Origin: Octopus sinensis
Lineage: Eukaryota
Length of the DNA stretch: 64,000 nt
Direction of reading: 5' to 3'
Assembly: GCF_006345805.1 (NCBI RefSeq)
Contig: NC_043000.1
Coordinates: forward strand, 88,040,001-88,104,000
Below are positions 10,933 to 24,950 of this stretch, one piece after another. Position 1 is the stretch's first letter. Each line of letters opens with the position of its first letter. The notes below the pieces were generated by a model. That model was not told where the DNA came from. It made no database searches and saw nothing but the letters and a program-made list of their open reading frames with translations. Made by a program: the position numbers and the translations under genes.

Positions 10933-12269
10933 ATATATCTGCACACACATACAGAATTAGCGATGAGCATATAGCAAAGGCATCAATAGATAACCACTGG
11001 ATTCCCAGTTGAGCTTTTGCTCGACTCTTCTGTCCCACACTCTGTCTCCTCTCTGCCCCTTCCCTGCCTCTTCCTTGCCCCTTCCCTTCCTCCTCCCTAC
11101 CTCCTCCCTGCCCAGATCTCAAATACTTTTCTGTATTCCAAGGATATTGATGCTATTTTTTTCCACTTAAATTCACAGATTATGAATGTTGTACTGAATT
11201 TGCTGTTTGCTCAGACATCAGCTCTGTATGGTGGAGCTTTCGAATCACTCTTCCTCTACATTGACTAACACTAACTGCTCTATTGCACTTCTTATACACT
11301 GACTTCGGTATTGATTTTCCTATACACTAACAAACTCACTACTCAATTGCTTGTATGTAATGTAAATTTGATCGAACGAATGAATGCTTCTGTTCATGGT
11401 CATTTTGCGTACTAGATATATCAAACAAATCTTCCTTAAATCACACTTTATTATCTTAAAAAATATGGACACATTTATACAGTAAGGAAAAATATATTGA
11501 GGTTTAAATAAAACGATGAGATGATAACGGAACAATTTTGATCATAGATTTACTCGATTTGGGCTGACGAAGGCTATTTTCTAAATATCAATGTTAGGTC
11601 TGCTGTCAGAGTTTACATTTAGTCGTATGCGACAGAAGCAGCTTTAGTTTTAAATCGCAATCCATGTATCATACTTAAAGCAAATACATCGTTGAAAGGC
11701 TTATTAAGCGTCATGCAACAGCATGTTTTAACTTTCATTTGGGCAGTTAAGCATTATAGCTTTAGAGGTTTATCGTTTCTAAGACCTGTCTGAGATTTTC
11801 AAAAACTACCCTGTCTAGTGAACCCAGGAAATGTTGATAGAGATACTGAAATCTAGAAGGTTCCTGCCCAATATTGGTTGATCAAGAGTCTTTTGAGACA
11901 ACTATTTTGCGTGAAAGTTCTTACCTCATTCAGGAAAGTAGTTTTAGGATATTCTGGTGCTGCTAATGCGTTTCAAGTTTCAAAGACATGCATATACAGT
12001 ATTTCAGATATTAATAGTGTATATGCACAGTGGCTCTTATTTTAGAGAAAGCGAGCACGATTAAAAGGATTTTCAATGAAACGAAATGGAAAGTTAATTC
12101 AAAAGATTCTTGAGGGGATTTTACGAAATGGCTGCTTAACAGATTAGTGTAATGTTATAAGTAATAACGTGATATTTCACTGGATAGCACCTTGATAAAG
12201 AGCAGAACTGGTGGAATCTTAATATTTGGTTGCTGTTTCCAGCCGTGGTAGATCCTAATATTGGTTTTT

Positions 12270-12475
12270 CATTTTAGCACAAAGCCAGTAATTTTAGGGG
12301 AGTAGGTGTAAGTTGATTACATCGACCCCAATGCTTGACTAGTACTTCTTTTATCGACCCCGTAAGGATGAAAGGCAAAGTAGACCTCAGTGGAATTTGA
12401 ACTCAGAGCTCTAGGAAAACAAAATGCCACTAAACACGTAGCCCAGTTTGCTAAAGATTCTGCTCATTCGCCGCT
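12270..12475 (-). mobile_element. SINE family B (Nin/Deu-like central domain), degenerate
   Basis: Reverse complement of the GTCGACTTTGCCTTTCATCC..GGGGTCGATAAA..AGTACCAG block seen at 25458-25695. Confidence 0.75.
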
Positions 12476-13479
12476 CTGTGGAAGATCCTAATACTGAAAT
12501 CGATTTAAGATTGTGCTAATATAGTCATATAGATATCTGAAATTGACATGATGTGAGAACTGACACTGCATTGAGCATAAAAGACTTAAAATGTATCTCA
12601 AAAAGTATAAAATATAAAAAAAACAAATGCCAGAGTTTTTAATACCGTTTGCCGAGTAAGAAAAAAATATATCTAATGATCACCTTATGGCAACATTTAG
12701 CATAAAGCCTTCAGAATTATTCAATTTCTGTTTAAACCGAGTCAACGAAGTTGACATAGAGATTCAAAGTAGCAGGAAATCAATAAATGACACCAGGAGA
12801 TAACCAAGAAAACTTGGCGTGTTTAATATTCATAGAAAAGAAGGCCGACGTTGTGATAAAAGAAAGCTCTGAATAATTATGTCGTTGTCAAAGAGTTTTG
12901 AGCGGTTTTCGTGTCAAAAGAAAATGTAATTTAGAGAACTCACTTCATTAAAATGATAGAATTTATATCTGAAACTTTTGCTTTCATTTATCACCAAACT
13001 GTATCAAGTTGTGTGAAAATATGAATACAGAGATTTATTAAAGACTGTAGTTGTTGGAGTAAGAGATATGTTTGAAATAACGTTATTAGATAATGATCTT
13101 ACTTTATCATAATCTTCTAAAGGACAATAATTAGACGTGGAGGGTAAAAATGGTGAATGGTATTGGTGCTGAAGTTGTGTGGCTGAAGTCGTTAAGAAAC
13201 AAAGCAGCAAATATTTAACAACAGAAGTTGTCTGACTATGCATAGTCTAAGCTAATCTGGTGAGTTAAACTAGAAGAATTTAGATCCATTCTCAATGAAT
13301 GAAAAAAAAAAACGCCACATTCACTCTCCTAATGTGCAGCAAAATCTAGAATGTTGTGAATAAGATAAAAGAGGACACTAAGATATGTAAGATGATTTGG
13401 AAAAACTTTGGTTAAATTCCCCGGTGCAAGGTACGACAAATAGTCATCGATAATAGCTTTACTTGTTCAGTTAATGTTG

Positions 13480-13672
13480 GTTTCATATTTTGGCACAAGG
13501 CCTGCAGCTTTGCGAGAGAGGATAAGTGCTCAAATGGTAACTATTTTACCCATCCCGAAAAGATAAAGGGTATAGTCGACGTTGGCAGAATTAGAATGCA
13601 GGAAGTAAAGATGGACGAAATGGTGCTGTGCATTTGACCCGACGTGCTAACTATTCTGCTAGCTCACCGCTT
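13480..13672 (-). mobile_element. SINE family B, degenerate
   Basis: Same head (GCGGTGAGCTAGCAGAATAGTTAGCACG) and central block as the other family B copies. Confidence 0.7.
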
Positions 13673-14509
13673 TTTGTTCAGTTCACATCGAAAACTGAAA
13701 CGATTTCATTAAACATACCGATAACTCAATATATGTAATAAATCGTTTATAATCATGAGTTCATCATAATCATTCAGAAAGCGTGTTTAAATAATTTATT
13801 GTGGTGGTTGCTTCAATTTCTAATACAATGCTGCCCGGTGGCGGAAATTAAGGAAACTTGATTAAATTTTCTTGCATTTTCCTGCGTTTTAAATTCAAAT
13901 CCTATCAGGATCGATTTTACTTTTCACCCACACACCACAGCGTAGTTTAGAAATTAAAAGCCAGTCAAATATGATTAAATATAGAGTGTAACATGGTTCT
14001 AATCTTTTGAAAGTGCCTGCAGCTACCTTTCTTCACATAACAATAACATCCAATTTGAAGATACTTTCCAAAGCAATGATAAATGGGTACCTATCTATTT
14101 AAGATTATATTTAGATGTCTCAAAAAATAAATTACTTACATTGATGGCTAAGTTTGTAAAGTAATTTTGGATGAATTTCTTCACTTCGAAGTTGGTGCTC
14201 TAGGTGTAGTTATTGAGACATAATTAAAAAAAATATCCTTCCTTGAAAAGTTTTAAAGTAGAAACAAGACAGTCTAACTTTCAAGACAATTATCAGAAAG
14301 ATTAGAAGCTTAGGTCTTTTATAGATTGTTAAGGGGTAAATACATATTTCTTTAATCACTTTTAAGACGGCCTTTTTTTTTATTACCGTTGTCTAATAAT
14401 AATACAGACTGCAAACACAGAAGTTAGTTTGACGTGTATTTTTCAAACAATGAATCTCAGCCAGCGAAGAGATCTCTAAAATTGGAACCCACCCTGTTAG
14501 AAATATTAA

Positions 14510-15765
14510 TCAAATCTTACAAACACTGGAAAGGTCGTTTATATTAAGAGGAGCGGGCCCAAGACAGTCCCATGTAGCACGCCACTGGTGACTTTGTTGG
14601 ACTTGAGTGAACTCCATCGCCAGGAAATACTCAATCCATGTAGAAGTTTTCCACGATTCCAACATTTGCCAATTTTGAGAGTAAGATATTATAGTCAACT
14701 CTGTCGAACGCTTTACTGAAGTCAAAATATATGACACCAGAGTTCAAACCTGTTTCCAAGGCTTTAAGTATATAATCGATGTGGTGTAAGAACTGTCTTA
14801 GACAATCCCTGCCACAGTAAAAGCCATGCTGATTCGAATTTAGGAGTTTGTGGATCTCTAGGAAACCAGCTATCTTTGATCTTATCACTCTTTCAAACAC
14901 TTTAATGATATGGGAGGTGAGTGAGATTGGGTGATAGTTGACTGCGAGGGATCTGTTTCCCTGTTTCAAAACCGGGATGACAGACAGGGATAGGAGCTGT
15001 TTCGGTATATAACCAGAGTATAAAGAATTTCTCCAGAGGTAGGTCAGAGGGACTGCAAGTTGGTATCTACATTCCTTCAGGAGACAAGTGGGGAACCTAT
15101 CAGGGCCTACAGCAGAATAGTATTTGACTTCAATTATTGCTGCTATGATGTCTGAGGCAGTGAAGGTTATGTCCGAGATTTTATGTTGGGAATCAACTTC
15201 GTTCGCTTCCCTTACGTCAATATCAGTGGGATCACTAAAGACAGAGCAGTATTGTTTCTTCAGTACTTCTACCATTTCTTTAGCATCGTGTTGGGGAATG
15301 CCGTTATCATCGATCGATGGACCAATGGGAGAGACAGCGGTCCTATGCTTATTGGCATATGAATAGAACACTTTTGGGTTCTGTTTGATTTTTTGATTAC
15401 CCACTGTTCATCTGCAACTCTTTGGTTTTCATGTCGGTCCGCAGATGAAGTTTTTCCAACTCCAGCCTTTTCATTGTTGTTGAATGTGGATGCTGTATGT
15501 GGGAATATTTTAATTGGTTGATTTTTTTTATCAAGTCTTTTGATGTGACTAATGAGTGCTTTTTCTCTTTAGGGAGTCGGTTCCTGTTTATGTTAGTGGA
15601 TTTCGTAGTAGCGCATTTTGAGCATGTATAGGTGACAATGTTCTCAGAATGCTGCCATGCGATCTCAATGTGAGTGGAACTGAAAGTGAAGGACCAATCG
15701 ATGAAGGACAGCTCCTTTCTAATTGCTCCACAGTCCGCTTTTTGGAAGAGGAAACGGTACAATGA
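14510..15765 (-). mobile_element. Degenerate internal fragment of a second CR1-like LINE
   Basis: QNPKVFYSY, AVGPDRFP..LKEC, NYHPISLTSHIIKVFERVI, QHGF, YFDFSKAFDRVD, SGV..GTVLGPLL. Ends before YADD. Confidence 0.9.
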
Positions 15766-16676
15766 AAATTTAGTCAGATCGAATGAAAATTAAAATTAAA
15801 ATGTTTAGAAAATGCGATAAAAGAAGTTACCTGAAGGTAAACATATAAAGTAGACGATTTCCTGTTTCAACTTTCACAAAAATTCCTTTTTCGTCTTCGC
15901 CCACTTTTCATGCTTGTGATGATGCTAATTAAGATAAGTCTTACGAGGATCTTAAATAAACAAAAATAAAAACAGAAAAAGACACAGAAATAATGCAATC
16001 ATTTTATGTATCGATGATGTGTGATCGCTTAAATATTTCGGTGCGAAGGAATATATTTGGCTGGCTTTGAAGGGAATAAGAAATATTGACAATTATTGAT
16101 CTTTCAAACAGCATTGTTAAGAAAGGTAAAGAAAACTTAAGTTATTAAAGGTACATTTGATGTTCTGCCATTCTTAGTCATACACGAAAACTTAAAGCTC
16201 ACCAATTAATTGAAAACAAAAATGAAAAAAGACAACAAAAATGCATTCTGTGATCATGAGAGAGCAAAAGAAAACAAAAAATCAAATTGTTGGTCGTATC
16301 CATAATTGAACATGGAATTGGTAGTGTGCAAGTAAATAGAATTCACAGGACAAGCCAAGAATATTACAAGAAAAAATGTGTAACGGGTTTAGATACCCAA
16401 CTCAAGGTCAAATTCTGACGTTAAAATGCTTCCTGTAAACTTGTTGAAGGACAGCTTAAAAGACAAGTTTTCTGGGTCACCCGTTGGACATCAGCTAAGG
16501 AGAGGATTTCCAGAGTACACGCATTGAACATAATCTCTTTCTGGTGAAGAACTACGCTCAAAATGTTACACTCTCTTTTTTTCCATCTTAAATTTTCTGT
16601 GTGCGTCAATGTAATATATTCACTATGTACATCCTCTTGCCTTACGTTGGTTTCCCTGTTTTTATGTTTGATTTGC

Positions 16677-16768
<92 letters not shown>

Positions 16769-16949
16769 ACACACACACATATAAAGGAGACAACTTCTGC
16801 AACCGTATTGACATTTGTTTCCCCATCACTAACCAGAAGCAGATTTGCCCAATAGTATTTCAGCAACAAGTTCTCCTCCCCAAGCAACCCCATGGAAACC
16901 TATATAACCAATTTATTCACATTACGTTATCTAACATATAATTTAATAA

Positions 16950-17375
16950 AAATATCGTTATATTTGGGGACATTGTTATATTTGGGCATTTTCTTGTTTA
17001 CTGTTTTTGCCAATAAACACACGCATTATTTATTTGATTTTCACTTTAGCTTTATTATCAGAGTTCTTTCGTCACTCATTCAGTGACTGCTTCAGTGACT
17101 TTCTGTTCTTCGTTTTTCCACTCCTCTTTAGTCTTGTCTATTCCATTTTGTCTTTCTGTGGTATTAAGACAAAATGGAATAGACAAGGAAAGACCAAAGA
17201 GGAATAGAGACTCGAGGATCAAAAAGTCACAGAAGAGGTCACTGAATGTGTAACGATAGAATTCTGATAATAAAACTAAATTGAAAATCAAATAAATAGT
17301 GCGTGTGTTTACCTGAAAAAGGAAAGAAAAAAAAAGTAAAACGACCACCCCCAAATATAACAATATATGTTTCAA
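16950..17375. repeat. Long imperfect inverted repeat (hairpin) with a perfect 22-bp core
   Basis: 17133-17154 is the exact reverse complement of 17166-17187 (11-nt loop). Arms extend to 17014/17311 at roughly 85% identity, with weaker homology beyond. Confidence 0.9.
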
Positions 17376-19558
17376 CATACGATTTTACATAAAGAATCTT
17401 GCAAAACAAATACATAAATTTAACAAAAATAATTCAACGCATTTTCATTTTATCCTCAAGCTTTCAGTTTTCAAAAAGATTTCTTTTTTATCTTTGACTT
17501 TTCTAAACACGTTTACTTTCGTTCAGGGTTTCTCCTTTCGCTTTAATTTTTCCTTTTTGCTTAGCTGAAGAGTTTAGTTTCCAGATGTTGCTCGTTTTGG
17601 ATCTTGTCATTAGTCTTTGGAAGACAGAAAGAGTGACTATGGCTTGGATTGATGATCTGTCGTTTCGTGCCTTGTTCATCATCCGAGAGTGAGAAAAGTA
17701 AGGAAAAGTAGCTATCTTGGGACTTGGACTGGAGCTACGTGATTTGTCAACAACCTAGGTCACAACTGCAGGATTTTCCTCACATTTAAACAAAAAAAGA
17801 GCCTAAAACTGCTATTCCTGACGGTAAATGAATTTATCGAACTCTCTTGAATACTGTTTTACATGATGCTGTACCGTTTCTTGCATGCTGCTGCCCGAGT
17901 ATGTAGAACCGTAATAAGCATTTCATAACCACAATTGTCTTGTTTCTTCTATACTATAGCCTGAGAAGGTAACACCATAATTATGATTTATACCAGTACT
18001 GGCGCTCTGATATTTCATACCTGAAGTCTGCTTTGAGATTTTCTTTTAGCAGTTTTGGGTTCGAATTCGACGGACCATTACTCAAATGAAAATGAATTGC
18101 CATATTTCCTGGAAACGTTTTAACCACCGGATGAAATAAAAGAAGTTGATATTATCGATAAAATTAATATGAGGTCTCTCATGGTAAGCATTTTATATAA
18201 ATGTGAAAAGCATAAAGACATATACTACATTAATAAAATCAATTCTTCAAAGGAAATTGGATTAATAGAAGTTCCAAACGTCTTCACAATAATAAACCTG
18301 TTTTCGTTCTAAAATTAACGCAGTTGCTATTTCAGTTATCTAACATAAATGTTTCTTACAGCCATTGTCAGAAAATTGATATCATGTCAGCTCAATATTT
18401 TGGAATTGATTTTCAATTATGTTCAGTAATAATATTTTCTTCACGTTTCAGTTAATAATTTCGAAAGAATATTACTAGAATATTTTTCAAAAGATAATCC
18501 ATAGACATTAATGTAACAAATGTCGGCCGTATGTACATACATTTGCCACAAAAATAATAGAAAGAAAGAATGAATTGCAAATTGTAATAAAATTATTTCG
18601 AAGGATATCAAATAAACACGACTGAGCCTGAGAAAAGAGTTCATAAGTAATATATTTATTCCTTGACAAATTTACACACAGACATACATTCCCCCACACA
18701 CGCACACACTCGCGCGTACGCACAAACACAGAAACACATACACACAAACATACACCCACAAGTATGTAATATGTATATGTGTGTATGTGTATATATACAT
18801 ATTATTAATTATACACACATACACACACATATGATGAATGAGCAAAAAAGAAGAAAAGGCACAAGAGGAACTAGTTTTCAAAAATGTGTTATTAAACCAA
18901 CACTTGAAAGAGAAGGGAAAAAATTGCTGATAATTCTGGGGTTAGACCTTCATCAGAAAATCGAAAAAGAGGAAGGGCGGTGGAATGGCGAGAAGAAAAA
19001 GGAAATAAGAGAGAAGGAAAAAGTTAAGGGGCCAAGCTAGGTAGGAATGTAGTTCTGTGGGAAGGAATTAGGAAGAAAAGAGGTGGTGTGTTGTGTGCAC
19101 GTATAGGAGGGTAACTGTGAAAGCAGATGGGCATAGGTGACGTAGAGGTGGTTAGTTAGTGGTTGATTGTAGTTTTGCAAGAGTGATATGTGGAGGTGAA
19201 ACAAGTGAGAAGAAGGTGGGAATATGAAAAGAAAAAAAAAACTGAAGGAAAAACTAAGAAAACAGTCTAATAGGAGAGAAAAAAAATATATATAACAAAA
19301 CTAGGTACGAAGTCAGAAGAAAATACGGAGATGAGGTAAAAGCATATGATAATGAAACTAGATAGAAAGCAGAGGAAAAAGTTGCAAAGTGGGAAAAAAA
19401 TAAAAGGTTTAGGTATAAAATGTGAAGTAAAAGTAGTTGAACATAAATGACGTCATGTAGGAAAGATTATGTCAAAACGGAGACGTTAAAAAAGGACTGT
19501 TAAAAGATTATTTAAAACAAGCCAAGTCTGTGGCAGGGATAGATTAGAAAGGATTATT

Positions 19559-19633
<75 letters not shown>

Positions 19634-20264
19634 CAGAGAGAGAGAGAGAGAGACAGAGAGAGACAGACAGAGACAGAGACAGACAGAAAGAGAGAAAGGG
19701 AGAGAGAGACAGAGATAGCAAGATAGATAGACAGAGAGAGTATAGCAAAAAGAACTAAAAAAGCATTGAATGAAAAATGTTCGGCCGGCGTGCTAACGTT
19801 TCTGCCAGCTCGCCGCCTTATCTGAAAGTACATATACAAAGACTTTATAGAGCTCAAAGACCATACAAACTCATGCTTATACAAAGCCAAACACAGTACA
19901 TACACTATGCAAGTTATATTAAATATACAATATAAATAAATATACATAAATCGTGTAAAAATAAGCGGGAAAATCTGATAGAGAATATACATAAATCGTG
20001 TAAATATAAGTCGAAAAATTTGAAGGTCGATAATATGGTACAAAATGAAATGAGAGGGTGGAAAAATTGTAAAAGTCGATATAACTCGACGCTATTATGT
20101 CTGTATCCTAACCTCCATGAGAATTGCGAAAAGGTAAAATGAAATTGGGAAAATCAGATAAAAAACTTAGAACAAATGATTTAAAAAAAATTATATTGAG
20201 AAAATAATTTTAGAAAAATATTTTGGGTCAGGTCGGTATCGGTGGAATCTTCCAATTTTTTAGA

Positions 20265-20620
20265 ATATATTTAGACATATGTTTACACCAACTCAAAGGC
20301 TCTGATCTTAAGTTGAAAACTGAGTTCGGAATTTTAAATATGAATAGAATTTGTGCCCATTCAGCCAAGCAAAGCCTACATTTATTGCTCCATTCATGTA
20401 TGGCTTCGACTTTTCTGTTATTTTCAATCTAATAACATATGGAATATTGTTCATATTCAGTGCCCAAATGTGGCTCGCCAACTTTGTAGCTTTACTTCTC
20501 TCACTATGGCGGAAGGATGCCATATGATTGGTATACCGTTTATTAAAATTCCTTTTGCATAGTCCAATGTTTGCCATGACCTCTGCCCTATATACGATGG
20601 ACTTAGTTAAACACTGTTTT
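20265..20620 (-). mobile_element. Penelope-like element GIY-YIG endonuclease C-terminal fragment
   Basis: IGLCKRNFNKRYTNHMASFRH...ATKLASHIWAL...KSKPY, then in another frame NLRSEPLSWCKH (cf. LNKRSEL.S.CRH). Confidence 0.85.
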
Positions 20621-20639
20621 CAAAGTAACGAGGATGAAA

Positions 20640-21430
20640 GAGGTCAACTGGTGGGGATACGGCCTCGAGGTGGCAATCCAAGTCAGTTTACAAGACTTGC
20701 ATAAGATAGCGGTGAAGGTAATATTACAAGAGGTCTTGAAATTGAGAGTAGTGGTGGAGGGAAGACCTCCAACCTGTTACTAGTGTGGCGTAAGGGGACA
20801 CATGAGAGCAAGGTGTCCCCAGAACGACGATAAAAGTGAAAAGGAACAATAGTAGCAGGGTGTCGAGCAGGAGTAAAATGCCGAAGCGATGAACCCAGTA
20901 TGTGAGAAGTGTCTGGAGAAAGTAGAAGAGGAGTATATGGTGGTGAATAGGAAGAAGAAAAGAAAAGAAGACATTACGTATCTGGCCAGAGGAAATAAAT
21001 TTGGAACCGTTATAGTCCATTACAAGATGAAAGCCAAAGCTAAGGAAAACGCGACAAACTCAGTAATATCGGACAAAGTGGTCCTTCTATCCACGTATAT
21101 GGGAAGAAGGACTTAAAAATTAGCGTGGAAGGAATTCCACCCGAAATTGATGTGGCTTGGCTTGTGGCGGCTGTTCTTCTGGGAAGTGAGGAGGAAGTAG
21201 CCGTCCTCCAAGCCTCAAAGTCAGAAGGCTAGGTTTGGAAAGGAGAAACGTTGGAGCTGATGGTACAAGCTACAGTGGAGACACTTGAAAATTTAGCCGA
21301 GACGGTATCAATCGGAGACCTAGTGTTGAAAGTGTGGGTGGAGGGCAGGACCCTTCGTTGTTTTAAATGTGGTCAAAAAGGCCACATTGGAGCCCACTGC
21401 CTTCTGCAAAAGCAGAAAACGAAAGGATGC
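20640..21430 (+). mobile_element. Two tandem degenerate fragments of a non-LTR ORF1-like protein with CX2CX4HX4C knuckles
   Basis: RVVVEGRPPTCY*CGVRGHMRARCP (~20745-20820) and KVWVEGRTLRCFKCGQKGHIGAHC (~21330-21400). Confidence 0.75.
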
Positions 21431-21635
21431 ATTTTGTTTACTATATTTTCCTTTTTTTCCTTTTCTTAAACAACAATTTACTCATATGTATGGCTTATTT
21501 CACTTACTTCTACTACTTGCGGTAGTTCATCGAACTCCACCACGAATCTCGGTGGTTCAACATTCCTTTGTCAATTAAAATCGCTTTCACTGTATCACTG
21601 TACATCTCCTCGGGCAACTTAACCCTTATAACTGA

Positions 21636-22020
21636 CTAGCAGTATCGCCCGGCGTTGCTCAGGTTTGTAAGGGAAATAACTATAAAGCATTTTTAGAGAG
21701 TTATAGCCCAAAAATAGCAAAAAAATGGAAAAAAAATGATGGTAAATTTTTTTTGAAAGTTAAAAAAGGTCGAGTTGCGTCCCCTAGACAATCTGTGGTT
21801 TGTGTTTCTGATTCTCGACCCCATGTCGAATTTATCGATTATTTTCAGAACTGGGGGAACTTTTCAAAATTTTCGCTGCGTTAGTTTTGAATTATGACAT
21901 TGGGCTATGTGTGTATCAAGTTTCATCAGAATCAGTTGAAAGCCGTGGTCAGGGTGAGGGTACAACCAAACAGACACACAGAAACACACACAGACAAACT
22001 GCCGTTTATATAGAGAGAGA
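21636..22020 (-). mobile_element. Non-autonomous Helitron (Lep1/HINE-like)
   Basis: Minus strand has A|TC at the 5' end, an internal GTCT/GT microsatellite, a 3' hairpin (CCTGAGCAACGCCGGG) and CTAG|T. This is a canonical AT insertion without TSD. Confidence 0.85.
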
Positions 22021-22049
22021 TTTCAGTTGCGTTATCATTCTTTCTGTAT

Positions 22050-23330
22050 TTACGCTTTAGCATATGTCACTATGCTTGTTTCTGTCTCCTCCCCCTCCTC
22101 CTCCTCCTCCTTCTCCTCTTCCTCCACCACCACCACCTCCTTCTCAACTTCCTTTTCTACCTCTTTCTCGATCTCTTTTTGAACATTCTTTACGACTTTT
22201 CCCTCAATCTCCTTATCTGCTTCTTCTTTTTTTCTGCCTCTCCGGCGGAGAGCTCTTTCTCTTTCTTTTTTTAATCGCTTCAAATTCCTCCTCTATTCCT
22301 GTTGTCTCCTCCTGTCATCCTCCTGTACCACATCGTTCAACTTCTGCTCCTCACCGTTCCATTTGTTGCTCTTTCTCTTCTCTATGGGGGCACTTCGCCT
22401 TCATGTGTCCTTTCTCGCCACACAAGTAGCATATGGGAAGCCTTCCCTCCACCACCACTCTCAATCTCATATCTTCGGGTAATATAATTTCTTCTGGAAT
22501 CTTATTCATGTCACTCACAGTTGTCTGAACTGCCATCTCAATTCCGTAACTCCACCAGTTAACTATTTTCATTCTTTTTATTCTCAGGATCTTCGCATCC
22601 TCCTCCATATTGTACATGACTGCAGCAACCAGCTATGTTTCCTTCAACTCTGGTGATACTTTTCCCACCCTTACTCTGACAAGTCGCTTGCCACAGTATG
22701 TCGGTAGGAACACCCACTCTTCTGTCTATATGGCATCAGTGGAGTGTTTTATCGCTTCGTCTTCGCTTGCGAAACGCACTTCCATTGTGCCATATCTTCT
22801 TCCTCTTGTTATAAATGTAGTGACCTTCTTAACCTCCGTTAGATACTTCTCTATCTCTTCTATGGTTGCAGTTTTGATTTTCTATGTAGATACTTTCAGT
22901 GTTTTGTAAATCACTGTTCGTTTCTTCACTCTATTTGTTAACTCGAGCGGAGACGTTAATTTAAGGTTGTGGCTTTCCTTTCTTTGCATTCTTTCAACTT
23001 TTTCGGCTCAATTTATCTTCTCTAACCGCCAAAGCTGCTACTTCTATTCATTTGCCAGTTGCAGCCGCATAGCTGTGACTATTCGCTGGTTCAGTCTCGA
23101 TTACACTTCTTTTCACGGGTTCTCCCATAAATGGGAAGAAAAAACACAATTCAACAAAATCTCGTTAGTACAAACATCAATTTCAACAAGAAACAAAACG
23201 TGGTACACCCACGAGGAGAGACATTTAACAATTTTAACAATATCGCCACTTCAACGTAACCAAGAAAAACACACTGCAATAAAAAATGCCTCGCTGACTG
23301 TAATTTTTTTATCTGGCACCTAGGCTCACA
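22050..23330 (-). mobile_element. ORF1-like (L1/Tx1-type RRM + zinc knuckle) degenerate element with putative 5'UTR; no ORF2 adjacent
   Basis: RYGTMEVRF, LPTYCGKRLVRVRVG, RVVVEGRLPICYLCGEKGHMKAKCP and an E/K-rich tail. Paralogous to 20640-21430. Confidence 0.75.
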
Positions 23331-24549
23331 GTGGGGACAAAAACATACAACGAATGAAAAATGGAAAAATGTACAATGAAATCGATGGTAATGAAATGGC
23401 TGCATGCGCCCCACTCACATGCAGTACCATTTGAACGCTCTTACTTTATGTTTATAATCTTTTTCTTTTTTGATGTTTTTTCTATTAGCATCATTTTGTT
23501 TACTCTTTTTTCCTTTTTTCGATAAAGTTGTTCGACAAAGCGCCAGTATTTAGAATAGTATGTGTATTGCCGTTCGTGTTATTGCCTATATATCGTTTGC
23601 TTCGAATTCAGGGTTTGGATGTCTCAAAGCGAAAAATGTAGTAAATAAAACAAAACACAAGAGATTGTTTATAACTGCTTGCACCATCCTACGTGTAACT
23701 AAAATGTGAACTGTATTCCGGTTGCGGTCGCTGGAAGGAAAAGAATATAAAAATGATGGAGATAAGAAAGTGAAAGTTGAGTTGGAAGACATTTTGTTTG
23801 ATGCTCTGACGATTGCGCATGCTCAATAAAATATTAAGTTACGGACAGTTAAAATGAGGGTTGGGTTGTGAGGTGAATAATACTTTGCTCGAATTTAGAA
23901 AATATAATTAAATGAAAAGGGAAAGGTAAGATTAAATTTTTGGAATAGATGTTTACAATAGACAATGGAACGTTGAATTCTTCGAGACGAGAGAAATATA
24001 ATTAACTGAGATAGATATAATTAAATGGCACTATTAATTACTTATTTTTGAATTAGTGTTCTAATAATATTAGAGTTAAGACAGTCTGTGTAATTTTTGG
24101 TACTAGGAAGTGATTCTAGAAAGTATACAGGGTATCGAAATATGAAGTCGGGTAAAAAAAAAGAGATAGCTAGTGAGGTTTGACAATTTAGTGTAGAGAT
24201 TAGATGAGATTAGATTAGCGGGGTAAATAAATAAAAAAGAAGAAAACTTTGTGAGTTGACAAATTTGACTGGCGACTGTTGGTGCTGCCATCTACAGTTG
24301 CTTTCGGAGTAAGAGAAGGAGTTAGAAAAAGTTTACTAAGAACTAAAAAAGAGGGTAATGGACTGTGGCCATTCTGGGGCACTACCTTGTAGGATCTTAG
24401 TCGTACGAATCGATCCCAGTGCTTTATTCTTTTCAAAGCCTGGTGCTTATTCTATTGGTCTCACTTGCTGGGCTGTTAACCTACGGGGAAATAAACAAAG
24501 GTTGTTAAGTGGGGGTGGGGAACAAACACAAATAGACACACACGCACAC

Positions 24550-24596
<47 letters not shown>

Positions 24597-24950
24597 CGTA
24601 TCTTCTTTCTCCACACCCCTCTCTGTATATATATATATATATATCATCGTTATAATAATAATAATAATAATATTAATAATAATAATAATGATAATAATAA
24701 TAATAATAACAATAATAATTATTATTATTGCAAATATACAAAATAGCCAAGAGAGAAAAAAAATTATGTTCCTTACACCTGCCAAAAGGTCTTAATTGAA
24801 GCAGTTCCAACTGGAATTTGAGCAAAAACTTGGGTCTAACTGCTACACCTTAAGAAATGCCAATGTAAAATATAAAATGCAAAACCGCATATGCTGAAAT
24901 ACGTAAATCTATATTTTTAGACACCGTTTCGTAACTGCATCCTTCACATA

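Noticed and set aside
13004-13243. 79-aa minus ORF with a hydrophobic N-terminal stretch
   Set aside because: No recognisable domain or supporting splice context; compatible with chance.
17850-18110. Apparent exon-60-nt intron-exon structure on the minus strand
   Set aside because: The spliced frame hits a stop immediately after the junction.
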